Shown in pieces: positions 47,415 through 56,864 of a DNA stretch of 64,000 nt; the stretch's first letter is position 1, and every line of letters begins with the position of its first letter. Below the pieces are notes generated by a model, which saw only the letters and a list, made by a program, of their open reading frames with translations, had not been told where the DNA came from and searched no databases. The stretch spans positions 1 to 64,000 of the forward strand of contig CAKQMV010000008.1 in the NCBI GenBank assembly GCA_934255135.1, read 5' to 3'. The position numbers and the translations under genes are program-made. The DNA comes from an uncultured Clostridia bacterium (GTDB lineage Bacteria > Bacillota > Clostridia > Peptostreptococcales > Anaerovoracaceae).

Positions 47415-47447
47415 GAAAAAAGTCAGGCATCGCAGCCTGACTTTTCT
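47415..47447. terminator. Bidirectional intrinsic terminator
   Basis: agtcaggc-atcgca-gcctgact flanked by an A-run and a T-run, between convergent genes. Confidence 0.8.
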
Positions 47448-47479
47448 CGTAAGACGAAATTTATTAATACTAATCTATG

Positions 47480-48937
47480 TTATCTGTTCACAGTCTCAAA
47501 TCTCTCTGTGATCTCAAGGTGTGTTGCTTCGTCAGCATGGCTGTCGATGTCAGCATCCTGCTTAGGTGTGTGCTTCAGACATCCTGCACCACCTGTACAT
47601 CCGCCGCTGCAAGCCATTCCCTCAATGAAGTTCTGAACGAGCAGATCCTTATTAGCTCTTGTAAGGATTGGCTTAATCTTATCAAGTCCTGATACGCAGA
47701 TAGGGTTAACCTCGAACTCAGAACCTCTCTCCTTAAGAGCCTGAACTGCAGATGCAGCTACTCCACCTGAGTGAGCGAAGCGACGACCGAATCCTGTAGC
47801 CTGATCCATCTCGCTCTTCTCCTGCATCTCAACGTCAATCTCTCTGCTGTCAAGAAGTGCAAGCAGCTCCTCAAAAGTGATTACACTGTCAACATATGGT
47901 GAAACGCTATCCTTAAGAACCTCAGCCTTCTTCGCTGTGCAAGGTCCGATAAAGATAACCTTGGCATCAGGATTGTCAGCCTTGATAATTCTTCCAAGCT
48001 CTGCCATAGGTGACAGGTTGTGTGAAATTGAAGGTACGAGGGCAGGGAATCTGTTCTCTACGTACTTTACGAAAGCAGGGCAGCATGATGTAAGAAGGCG
48101 ACCCTTCTCCTCAAGCTCTGCTGACTCCTTGTAAGCTATAATATCAGCTCCAAGAGCTGCCTCGTATACCTCAGCAAATCCGAGCTTTCTGATTCCTGTG
48201 ATAACCTGTCCAAGGTCGACAGGTGCAAACTGTGATGCAATTGCAGGAGCAACAATAGCAATTACAGGATACTCAGTGTTGTCCTTGCTTCCTTTAATGA
48301 TGTCAATTACATCAGCGATATATGATTTGTCAATTGGTGCACCGAACGGACATCTGTTCATGCAGACACCGCATGATGTGCACTTGTCATAGTCAATAAC
48401 AGCCTCACCTGTCTCAGCCATACAGATAGCGTCAGCCTTGCAGGCTTTCTCGCAAGGTCGCTTAAAGTTAGTGATGGCGCTGTATGGGCATGCCTTGGCA
48501 CACTGTCCGCACTCAACGCACTTCGACTTGTCGATTACTGCGTGGTTGTTTTCAAAAGTGATGGCGCCGAGCTTGCATGCTCCCTGGCACTCGTGAGCAA
48601 GACAGCCTCTGCAAAGGTTAGTTACAGTGTGACCTGCCTCAGGACACTCATCACAGATAAGACCGATAACCTCGATAATGTGATCGCTGTTATGGTTCCC
48701 ACCAAGAGCAACTCTGATTCTCTCGGCGAGCTTCGCCTTATCCTTATAGATACAACAGCTTGTTGAAGGTTCATCAGGAAGAATTGTCTTAGCTGCGATA
48801 TCATCAAAAGATCTGAAAATATCTTCGCCTGCCCAGAGCTTTCTGGCAACTTCGGTAAGAACTCTGTTTTTCATGATCTGAACATTGGTGTCAAATTTTC
48901 TGGCATCAAATTTTCTTGCCTCGTCGTATTCTTTCAT
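47480..48937 (-). CDS. [FeFe]-hydrogenase catalytic subunit with N-terminal Fe-S domains
   Basis: H-cluster motifs TSCCPAF, GPCTAKK and EGMACSGGCTGG. It has two CxxCxxCxxxCP ferredoxin motifs plus an extra Cys-rich segment. The ATG at 48937 follows the RBS AAGGAG; the ORF-track extension to 49129 was rejected. Confidence 0.85.
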   Translation of the reverse strand: MKEYDEARKFDARKFDTNVQIMKNRVLTEVARKLWAGEDIFRSFDDIAAKTILPDEPSTSCCIYKDKAKLAERIRVALGGNHNSDHIIEVIGLICDECPEAGHTVTNLCRGCLAHECQGACKLGAITFENNHAVIDKSKCVECGQCAKACPYSAITNFKRPCEKACKADAICMAETGEAVIDYDKCTSCGVCMNRCPFGAPIDKSYIADVIDIIKGSKDNTEYPVIAIVAPAIASQFAPVDLGQVITGIRKLGFAEVYEAALGADIIAYKESAELEEKGRLLTSCCPAFVKYVENRFPALVPSISHNLSPMAELGRIIKADNPDAKVIFIGPCTAKKAEVLKDSVSPYVDSVITFEELLALLDSREIDVEMQEKSEMDQATGFGRRFAHSGGVAASAVQALKERGSEFEVNPICVSGLDKIKPILTRANKDLLVQNFIEGMACSGGCTGGAGCLKHTPKQDADIDSHADEATHLEITERFETVNR

Positions 48938-49151
48938 TAGTGATCTCCTTTTAGTCAAAATAAAAAGCACGGCCCAATAAATGTGTCGCACTTGGTATTC
49001 ATATTGTTGTGTAATGTAACGATTTTGCGTAAAATTATAGCGTTTTAGCAAAATATGCAAAACACAAGGATTGATAAAATTTAAACAATCCTCGACGATT
49101 ATAACACAGCATATTTTATAAGTAAACACCTTAAGCCTTACATAATCATTG

Positions 49152-49160
49152 TGATATAAT
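49152..49160 (+). promoter_or_regulatory. Extended -10 promoter element (TGaTATAAT)
   Basis: TG-n-TATAAT at 49152-49160, upstream of the MATE gene RBS. Confidence 0.4.
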
Positions 49161-49176
49161 ATTTAAGTTAAAGGAG

Positions 49177-50523
49177 ATGTTAATTACAATGAGCAAACAG
49201 CTTGATATTTTAAATGGAAGCATATGGGACAAGGCACTGAAGTTTGCAATCCCACTGGCTCTTACCGGAATGCTTCAACAGGTTTTTAGTGCGACCGACG
49301 TTGCGGTTCTCGGACGATTTGTCGGAGCTGAGGCAATGGCCGGAGTAGGAAGCAACGCACCGTTTGTTTCACTTCTTATTAATGGCTTTGTAGGCGTAGC
49401 AGTAGGTGCGAACGTTGTTATTGCCAACTATATTGGACAGGGCGATGAGAAGAAGGTAGAAAGGGCAACGCATACAGCGTGGATGTTAGCTGTTATAAGC
49501 GGTCTTATAGTTGCAGTCTTTGGAAGACTTGCAATCGGACCTGCAATGAACATACTAGGCGTTCCAGCAGAGGTTGAATCATATTCTAGGCTGTATCTTT
49601 CGATATATTTTGCCGGTGCACCGTTTATAATGCTATATAACTTTGAAGCAGCAATCTTTAGAAGCATCGGTAAGACACAGATCCCGCTGATTGCACTTAC
49701 ATGTGGAGGCATTCTTAATGTAGGAAGTGATATCTTCTTCGTACTGAAGCTAGGCATGTCAGCAGACGGAGTTGCTTATGCGACAGTGCTTGCTAATGTA
49801 GTAAGCTCGATGATACTGTTTGTCTGCCTTCTCAAAGAGAAGAGTATGATCAGAATCAACATAAGGAAGCTTTCAATTGACAAAGCAATAATGATAAGAA
49901 TTCTTAAGATTGGAGTTCCATCAGGTGTTCAGAGTATGGTTTTCTCAATCTCTAACCTATGTGTTCAGTCAGCAATAAACAGCCTCGGATCTGCAGCCAT
50001 GGCGGCGGGATCTGCATCATTTAATATAGAGATTTTTGCATACTACATCATAAACGCTTTCGGACAGACAGTTGTAACCTTCGCAGGACAGAGCTATGGT
50101 GCGGGAAACAAGAAGCGTGTCAGGGATTCACTTAAGCAGATTACAATCCTGAGTGAGATTGTGACAATAGTTGTAATGATACTGATTCTTGTGTTCCTTA
50201 ATCAGCTATGCGGACTGTTCAGCAAGGATCCGGAGATTATGGCACTCAGCGCAGTCAGAGTTAAATGTCTGATATACTTCGAATGGATGAATGTTTTTAT
50301 GGAGAACCTTTCAAGCGTTCTAAGAGGCATCGGCAAATCACTTGGACCTGCAATAATCACACTCGTTTCGGTCTGCGGAACACGAATCGTGTGGGTATAT
50401 ACAATTTTTGCACAGACTAAATCATGGCTGGTTCTCAGCTCTGTATATCCGATAAGCTGGGCAATCTGTGTTGCAATACTTGTGGCTCTATACATTAAAA
50501 CAAGGAGGAAGATCCTATGCTAA
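49177..50523 (+). CDS. MATE family efflux transporter
   Basis: 448 aa, polytopic and MATE-like (IPLALTGMLQQVFSATDVAVLGRF). The start could instead be the ATG at 49190. Confidence 0.85.
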   Translation: MLITMSKQLDILNGSIWDKALKFAIPLALTGMLQQVFSATDVAVLGRFVGAEAMAGVGSNAPFVSLLINGFVGVAVGANVVIANYIGQGDEKKVERATHTAWMLAVISGLIVAVFGRLAIGPAMNILGVPAEVESYSRLYLSIYFAGAPFIMLYNFEAAIFRSIGKTQIPLIALTCGGILNVGSDIFFVLKLGMSADGVAYATVLANVVSSMILFVCLLKEKSMIRINIRKLSIDKAIMIRILKIGVPSGVQSMVFSISNLCVQSAINSLGSAAMAAGSASFNIEIFAYYIINAFGQTVVTFAGQSYGAGNKKRVRDSLKQITILSEIVTIVVMILILVFLNQLCGLFSKDPEIMALSAVRVKCLIYFEWMNVFMENLSSVLRGIGKSLGPAIITLVSVCGTRIVWVYTIFAQTKSWLVLSSVYPISWAICVAILVALYIKTRRKILC

Positions 50524-51701
50524 AGGGCAAGACAATCGTACTCGGTGTAACAGGAAGCATCGCTGCATATAAGACCGCGAATCTTGCGAGCATGCTCGTT
50601 AAGGAGCATGCCGATGTTCACGTGATTATGACGGAGAATGCGAAGAACTTCATAAATCCGATTACATTCGAGACGCTGACGCATAATAAATGTATAACCG
50701 ATACTTTTGACCGAAACTTCGAGTTCGACGTGAAGCATATCTCTCTGGCTCAGAAGGCAGATCTGTTAATGATAGCTCCCGCTTCGGCGAACATTATAGG
50801 CAAGATTGCATCGGGTATCGCTGATGATATGCTGTCGACTACTATTATGGCGGCGAAGTGTCCTGTTCTTATTTCACCTGCAATGAATACTGCGATGTAT
50901 GAGAACTATTTTGTTCAGAAGAATATGAGAAGTCTTATGGATGCGGGATACAAGCTGATTGAGCCTGCAAGCGGATACCTTGCATGCGGAGATACAGGAA
51001 AGGGCAAGATGCCGGAGCCAGAGCTTCTTAAGGAGCATATTCTTATGGAGCTTAGCCATAAGAAGGATCTCAGAGGTAAGAAGGTGCTTGTAACAGCAGG
51101 CCCTACTCAGGAGGCAATCGACCCTGTCAGATTCATAAGCAATCACTCAAGCGGCAAGATGGGCTATGAGGTTGCAAGGCAGGCTGCAAGAAGAGGTGCA
51201 GAGGTTACACTTGTAAGCGGAAGAACTAATCTTGATTGCCCTCTCGGCGTTAACAGAATCGATGTTCTGTCAGCGGCAGATATGAAGGATGCTGTAGTAT
51301 CTAACGCTGAAGAGACTGATATTTTTGTCATGGCAGCGGCTGTTGCCGATTACAGACCTGCAGTAGTAAGCGACAGCAAGATCAAGAAGAAGGATGGCTC
51401 GATGGCGATTGAGCTTACAAGAACTGAAGATATCATCGCCGGAATCTGCGAGAACAAGAGAGCAGATCAGTTTGTCTGTGGTTTTTCTATGGAGACAGAT
51501 AATCTGATTGAGAATTCAAGGTCTAAGCTTGAGAGAAAGAAGCTGGATATGATAGTTGCTAACAACCTCAAGGTAGAAGGCGCCGGATTCAGAGGCGACA
51601 CTAACGTTGCTGTTATTATTAGGCCGGATTCTATTACAGAACTGGACATTATGAGTAAGTCAGAGCTTGCGGACGTGATATTAGACGAGATTATACAATA
51701 A
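50517..51701 (+). CDS. coaBC: Bifunctional phosphopantothenoylcysteine decarboxylase / phosphopantothenate-cysteine ligase
   Basis: 394 aa with an N-terminal flavoprotein domain (VLGVTGSIAAYKT) and a C-terminal CoaB domain. Confidence 0.9.
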   Translation: MLKGKTIVLGVTGSIAAYKTANLASMLVKEHADVHVIMTENAKNFINPITFETLTHNKCITDTFDRNFEFDVKHISLAQKADLLMIAPASANIIGKIASGIADDMLSTTIMAAKCPVLISPAMNTAMYENYFVQKNMRSLMDAGYKLIEPASGYLACGDTGKGKMPEPELLKEHILMELSHKKDLRGKKVLVTAGPTQEAIDPVRFISNHSSGKMGYEVARQAARRGAEVTLVSGRTNLDCPLGVNRIDVLSAADMKDAVVSNAEETDIFVMAAAVADYRPAVVSDSKIKKKDGSMAIELTRTEDIIAGICENKRADQFVCGFSMETDNLIENSRSKLERKKLDMIVANNLKVEGAGFRGDTNVAVIIRPDSITELDIMSKSELADVILDEIIQ

Positions 51702-51821
51702 TGAAATTGTATCTTTTTGCCCAGACTGTTGGCAGAATACGGAATATCTGATATCATATGTCTGAGATGGTGAAAAAATTAACAAGTGAAATACGTATGA
51801 TCAACAACGGAGGTTATTATT

Positions 51822-52916
51822 ATGGCATTTGAACTTAGAAAGTATACTCATCCGGACTTCACACAGGACAAATTTGTAAACGCCCCAGACTGTGTGCTCG
51901 TTCCTGCACCTAAGGATGGAGTTGCACCTGACAACTTCCATGCTAACAGTATTTTCCCTGAATATTTTAAGGTTAACGGAGAGTGGCTCCTTCTTGAGGA
52001 GAGCAGAATGGACACAGTTCCAATGTTCGACGGAGAGAAGATGCAGTCATATGAACCAAGAAGACTTAAGAAGGGTGACCTCGTAGTAGTTGGAAGAACT
52101 GAAGACTGCGAAGAGGGAATCTACATGCATGCTAATGGATTCAATGAGGAGAGAGGCTCAGGAGATACATTCGCATTCAGAACAGGAAGATCAAGAGAGA
52201 CCGCATTCGGTAAGGATATCGACGAGATCGTAGAGCTTCTCAAGCACGAGAAGGAGAACGGAAACGTAGTATGGGTACTCGGACCTGCATTCTCATTTGA
52301 CATCAGAGCAAGAAGAGCTCTTTCAGCAATCATCTCAAACGGATATGCTGATGCAGTACTTGCTGGTAACGCTCTCGCTACACATGATCTTGAGGGAGCA
52401 TACATGAACACAGCTCTTGGACAGAACATCTACACTCAGGAGAACGTTCACAACGGACACTACAACCACCTCGAGCTTATCAACAAGGTAAGAGAAGCAG
52501 GATCAATTCCAGAGTTCATCGAGCAGAACAATCTTGATGACGGAATCATCTGTGCAGCAGTAAAGAATGATGTTCCAATTGTACTTGGAGGATCAATCAG
52601 AGACGACGGTCCACTTCCAGAGGTATTTGGAAACTGCTACGATGCACAGGATGCAATGAGAGGCTGCGTAAAGAAAGCAACAACAGTAATCACACTTGCA
52701 ACAATGCTTCACTCAATCGCAGTAGGAAACATGACACCATCATTCAGAGTAATGGAGGATGGAACTGTAAGACAGGTTTACTTCTACATCTGCGACATCT
52801 CAGAGTTCGTAGTAAACAAGCTTGCAGACAGAGGATCACTCTCAGCTAAGGGAATCATCACTAACGTTCAGGACTTCATCTGCAGCGTAGCAAATGGACT
52901 GGGACTTGAGTACTAA
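51822..52916 (+). CDS. Conserved hypothetical protein, TIGR00300-like (LOR/SDH-related, deoxyhypusine-synthase-like fold)
   Basis: LGPAFSF..., LAGNALATHDLE and GGSIRDDGPLPEV resemble my recollection of the TIGR00300 family. Function is uncertain. Confidence 0.4.
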   Translation: MAFELRKYTHPDFTQDKFVNAPDCVLVPAPKDGVAPDNFHANSIFPEYFKVNGEWLLLEESRMDTVPMFDGEKMQSYEPRRLKKGDLVVVGRTEDCEEGIYMHANGFNEERGSGDTFAFRTGRSRETAFGKDIDEIVELLKHEKENGNVVWVLGPAFSFDIRARRALSAIISNGYADAVLAGNALATHDLEGAYMNTALGQNIYTQENVHNGHYNHLELINKVREAGSIPEFIEQNNLDDGIICAAVKNDVPIVLGGSIRDDGPLPEVFGNCYDAQDAMRGCVKKATTVITLATMLHSIAVGNMTPSFRVMEDGTVRQVYFYICDISEFVVNKLADRGSLSAKGIITNVQDFICSVANGLGLEY

Positions 52917-53037
52917 TTTCTATTAGTATAGCGATTCATATAACGATAGACTTTAATAGCATAAGGGCTCTTGCGATAGACCGTAGGGGCTCTTTTTATG
53001 TATAATTTATGTACTTTCAAGCTATACAATTTTGTTC

Positions 53038-53062
53038 ACCAAATGTATAATTTACATTTGGT
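53038..53062. promoter_or_regulatory. Palindromic operator-like site overlapping a -10 box
   Basis: ACCAAATGTA-TAATT-TACATTTGGT has 10-bp arms and contains TATAAT (53046-51). ATGTATAATTTA also occurs about 46 bp upstream. Confidence 0.4.
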
Positions 53063-53099
53063 ATATTTGTAAATAATCTTATTGTAAGGACGAACATAT

Positions 53100-53900
53100 A
53101 TGAAGAAACTTGGAGTTTTGATGGCGTGCGTTATAGCCATCTCTATGCTATGTGGATGCAGCGGAAATAATGAGGGCATGGCAGCGGATCTGCCTGAAAT
53201 AACAGTAGGAAGCGATACGTATCCGCCTTTTGTTTTTGAGGATGCTGATGGCAATCCTACAGGTATTGATGTGGAGCTTGCCAGAGAGGCCTTCAAGCGG
53301 ATGGGGTATAAGTCTGTATTTAAGACAATTAACTGGGAGAATAAGACAAAGCTTGTAGATTCAGGAGCGATTGACTGCATCTGGGGAAGCTTCTCTATTG
53401 ATGGAAGAGAAGATCTATACAATTGGACGAAGCCCTACATGTACAGCAGAGAGGTTGTGGCTGTGAAGGCGGACAGTGGTATTACGAGCTTGTCTGACCT
53501 TGAAGGAAAACGCATCGCTGTTCAGTCGACTACAAGACCCGAAGAGGTGCTTCTTTCTGGCAGTAATCCTGATATCCCCGAATTGATGGAGGTCATTTCA
53601 CTTCAGAAGAGAGAGGTTATGTATCCATATCTCAGTAAGGGTTATGTTGATGCAATTGCAGCTCATGAAATCTCAATTCTTACATGCATGAAGGATTATA
53701 GAATTGACTATAGAATCATAGACGAGCCACTTCAGAGCGTTGGCCTGGGTGTGGCTTTCTCAAAGAAGGACAAACGAAATCTTCAGCATAAGCTTTCTAA
53801 GAGTTTTGAAGAAATGAGAAATGATGGAACTATGAAGAAGATAATCGGAAAGTATCTCGAGGATCCTGAGAAATATATGGAGGCTGGAGATAATGAGTAA
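53100..53900 (+). CDS. Family-3 (amino-acid type) substrate-binding lipoprotein
   Basis: Lipobox SMLCGC and an SBP_bac_3-like sequence (ITVGSDTYPPFVFEDADGNPTGIDVELA). Confidence 0.8.
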   Translation: MKKLGVLMACVIAISMLCGCSGNNEGMAADLPEITVGSDTYPPFVFEDADGNPTGIDVELAREAFKRMGYKSVFKTINWENKTKLVDSGAIDCIWGSFSIDGREDLYNWTKPYMYSREVVAVKADSGITSLSDLEGKRIAVQSTTRPEEVLLSGSNPDIPELMEVISLQKREVMYPYLSKGYVDAIAAHEISILTCMKDYRIDYRIIDEPLQSVGLGVAFSKKDKRNLQHKLSKSFEEMRNDGTMKKIIGKYLEDPEKYMEAGDNE

Positions 53901-56100
53901 AGATAACCGAAGAAAGCTTACATTATTAAGGGTAGATCTTACAAATCGCGAGCGTATGAGATATACGTTTATAGCAATTGCGGTAGTCATTATCTCAGGC
54001 ATCCTTGCATCACTATATGACATTAATCAGACAAAGAATATGATGCAGGATACAGTTTCATACGTCAAAGAGCAGTGCAACAGATACACAAGAATTCAGC
54101 TTGCCTCAGAGGCGAAGAGTCTTCTTCGTGTGCAGCAAAGCTGCGTCGATGTTGCGTATGACATTGAGAATTACGATAATAGTCTTAATAGAGACTTATT
54201 AAAGGAATATACAATTTACAATTATCTTTCTGGCATTATGGTTCTTGATGCTAATGGAAGGATTGTGGAAGAGTATCATATGGGTGAAATGCCGGAAGCT
54301 GTCGGCGACGCAATCGAATCAGAGGCCCTTTTGGACACTATTGATCATCCGAAGAAGAGATATGCTGTAAGAAGCTCATGCACTGATGGAAGTGAGGTGG
54401 ATATCGCGGCAATGTCTGAGGCTGATTCAGATCTGATAATCGCCGTTTATTATCACACTCCGGCTGACTACAAGAATTCATTCAGTCTGACGATGAATTC
54501 CTTCCTGTCAGGTTATGTCATGGAGAAGAACGGCACCATTGTTGTCAGCAGCAATGATATTGTTACCGCAAGTAATGATAAGTCACTTGTCGGTAAGGAT
54601 GTAGATGAAATCAGGGTTGTAAACAAGCTGCAGAAGAATGGTAAGTATAATGAACTCATTGCAGCAACGCAGAAGGGGAAACTTCTTAGCCACCATTATT
54701 ATGGCCTTATGGATCACGGCAGGGATTGCTATATTTATGCTGTTTTGCCTGAAAGCTCAGTGTTTACATACACACCCAGGGTGATGCTGTACGGACTGAT
54801 TGCATATCTGGCTGTGCTTACGCTTCTTTACTATATGAGAGTGAATGTTGAAAGCCGCCACCGCGAGGAGCAGATTAAGGCTCAGAGAGAATATGCGATA
54901 AGTCTTAAGAACAAGAACAAGCAGCTTACTGTCGCCAAAGAACAGGCAGAACGTGCTAATGTGGCCAAAACGAGCTTTCTGTCCCGTATGAGTCACGACA
55001 TTCGTACGCCGCTTAATGGTATTATCGGACTTCTCGATATAGACGAGAAGCATCCGGATAATGAGGAGCTTATAAGAACAAATCACGCCAAGATGCAAAT
55101 TGCAGCCAATCATCTGCTTTCTCTTATAAACGACGTGCTTCAGATGAGCAAGCTCGAAAGTGGTGAGGTAGTTCTTTCTGAGGAACCGATTAGAATCGAT
55201 AATCTTGTTTCAGATGTAATGCTACTTATGGGACAGAGAGCTGCCGAGGCGGGTGTAACAATCGAATACGACACAGAATCGGACAGCAATGATGTAGATA
55301 CTGTTTACGGAAGTCCGCTTCACCTGAGACAGATTTTTCTAAATATCTATTCGAATTGTATAAAGTACAACAAGAAGGGTGGCTCAATCAGAACACTTTT
55401 CGAATGTACGGAGAGAGATTCCAAGACGGTTACGTACAGATGGACTATTACTGATACAGGAATCGGTATGAGCGAGGAATTCCTTAAGCATCTCTTCGAT
55501 CCGTTTACCCAGGAGAATATTGATGCAAGAAGTGTATATCATGGCACGGGTCTTGGAATGTCTATTGTAAAGAGCCTTCTTGAGAAGATGAACGGAAGTA
55601 TAGATGTATCAAGTGAGCGTGGAGTCGGATCAACCTTTGTGATAACAATTCCATTTAAGCTTGCTGAGTCGGAGAAGCTTGATGTGAAGGAGGAATGCTT
55701 CGCTGAAGATCTTTCACTAGACGGAATTAAGGTGCTTCTTGTTGAAGATAACGAGCTTAATGCTGAAATCGCCAAGACTCTTCTTGAAGATGTGGGTGCA
55801 GACATCACACTTGCGTTAGATGGAAAGCAGGCTGTTGATATGTTTGCAGCAAGCCATGCGGGTGAATTTGATATCATCATTACAGATGTTATGATGCCGG
55901 TGATGGATGGAATTGAAGAAGCGAAGACCATTCGAGGTCTCGATCATCCGGATGCAAAGAGCATTCCGATTGTAGCGATGACTGCTAATGTTTTTGCAGA
56001 GGATATCAATAACTGCATCGCCGCAGGAATGAATGCACATATCGCCAAGCCGCTTAACATGACAAGTCTTCTTGTAACAATCAAGCGTCTGGTTAAATAA
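53893..56100 (+). CDS. Hybrid sensor histidine kinase / response regulator with an extracytoplasmic sensor domain
   Basis: 735 aa with the H-box SHDIRTPLNGI, an HATPase domain and a C-terminal REC domain (VLLVEDNELN...DVMMPVMDG). It overlaps the SBP gene by 8 nt. Confidence 0.88.
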   Translation: MSKDNRRKLTLLRVDLTNRERMRYTFIAIAVVIISGILASLYDINQTKNMMQDTVSYVKEQCNRYTRIQLASEAKSLLRVQQSCVDVAYDIENYDNSLNRDLLKEYTIYNYLSGIMVLDANGRIVEEYHMGEMPEAVGDAIESEALLDTIDHPKKRYAVRSSCTDGSEVDIAAMSEADSDLIIAVYYHTPADYKNSFSLTMNSFLSGYVMEKNGTIVVSSNDIVTASNDKSLVGKDVDEIRVVNKLQKNGKYNELIAATQKGKLLSHHYYGLMDHGRDCYIYAVLPESSVFTYTPRVMLYGLIAYLAVLTLLYYMRVNVESRHREEQIKAQREYAISLKNKNKQLTVAKEQAERANVAKTSFLSRMSHDIRTPLNGIIGLLDIDEKHPDNEELIRTNHAKMQIAANHLLSLINDVLQMSKLESGEVVLSEEPIRIDNLVSDVMLLMGQRAAEAGVTIEYDTESDSNDVDTVYGSPLHLRQIFLNIYSNCIKYNKKGGSIRTLFECTERDSKTVTYRWTITDTGIGMSEEFLKHLFDPFTQENIDARSVYHGTGLGMSIVKSLLEKMNGSIDVSSERGVGSTFVITIPFKLAESEKLDVKEECFAEDLSLDGIKVLLVEDNELNAEIAKTLLEDVGADITLALDGKQAVDMFAASHAGEFDIIITDVMMPVMDGIEEAKTIRGLDHPDAKSIPIVAMTANVFAEDINNCIAAGMNAHIAKPLNMTSLLVTIKRLVK

Positions 56101-56116
56101 AGAAATAACCAAGCAG

Positions 56117-56150
56117 GAGATGAATCTATAATGGTTCATCTCTTTTTTTA
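56117..56150 (+). terminator. Intrinsic terminator
   Basis: gagatgaa-N10-ttcatctc followed by TTTTTTT. Confidence 0.75.
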
Positions 56151-56170
56151 ATAAAACTGGTATAAGGGTG

Positions 56171-56223
56171 TTGACTTAATATCAACATATGATAATATAT
56201 TCATATGTTCAAATGTTCGAACA
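56171..56223 (+). promoter_or_regulatory. Promoter with an ArsR-type operator
   Basis: TTGACT (56171-76), a 16-nt spacer, then TAATAT (56193-98). The inverted repeat AACATATGA (56184-92) / TCATATGTT (56201-09) brackets the -10. A second palindrome, TGTTCGAACA, lies at 56214-23. Confidence 0.55.
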
Positions 56224-56251
56224 AAACGAAGTAATTCGGAGGTGAAATACA

Positions 56252-56578
56252 TTGGCACATATTCATTCGGAAGAGGAGCTTCTGATTAATGAAATCGGAG
56301 AAGAAGAGCTTCTTGAGATGGCAGATCTTTTTAAGATGTTCGCTGATTCGACAAGAATAAAGATTCTCTACGATCTTCTTGGTGGCGAGAAGAACGTAAC
56401 AGAGATATGCGATGATCTTGAGATGAATCAGTCAGCGATTTCCCATCAGCTTAAGCAGCTTAAGGCATCGAAGCTTGTTAAGGGAAGACGTGATGGTAAG
56501 GCTATTATCTATTCACTGGCAGATGACCATGTCAGAACAATTATCGCAATGGGACGAGACCATATTGAAGAATGTTAA
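56252..56578 (+). CDS. ArsR/SmtB-family metalloregulator
   Basis: 108 aa with the HTH SAISHQLKQLK. The alpha5-type site D-x-H-x10-H-x2-E is present in DDHVRTIIAMGRDHIEE. The TTG start follows the RBS GGAGGTG. Confidence 0.85.
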   Translation: MAHIHSEEELLINEIGEEELLEMADLFKMFADSTRIKILYDLLGGEKNVTEICDDLEMNQSAISHQLKQLKASKLVKGRRDGKAIIYSLADDHVRTIIAMGRDHIEEC

Positions 56579-56612
56579 CTAATTATTATTACAAATAACG
56601 GAGGATAATATC

Positions 56613-56831
56613 ATGAAGAAGAAGTTTAAGCTACAGGACCTTGATTGTGCAAACTGCGCAGCTAAGATGGAGGCTGCTATTAAGAAGATTGACGGTGTTG
56701 AGGACGCATCAGTAAGCTTCCTTACACAGAAGATGACAATCGTAGGTGATGACGCTAAGTTTGATGAAATCGTAGCACAGGCAGTTAAGGAAATTTCAAA
56801 GGTTGAGCCTGACTGCAAGGTGCTTCTTTAG
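56613..56831 (+). CDS. Heavy-metal-associated (HMA) domain metallochaperone
   Basis: 72 aa with the CxxC metal-binding motif (LDCANCAAKME). Confidence 0.8.
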   Translation: MKKKFKLQDLDCANCAAKMEAAIKKIDGVEDASVSFLTQKMTIVGDDAKFDEIVAQAVKEISKVEPDCKVLL

Positions 56832-56864
56832 AAAGCTATCATAACTATTTGGAGGACTTGGAAG

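Noticed and set aside
48938-49129. A 64-aa N-terminal extension of the hydrogenase ORF, as given in the ORF track
   Set aside because: The extension is AT-rich with unlikely composition (MFTYKICCVIIVEDCLNF...) and no RBS. The internal ATG at 48937 has a good AAGGAG RBS, and the rest is the divergent promoter region.
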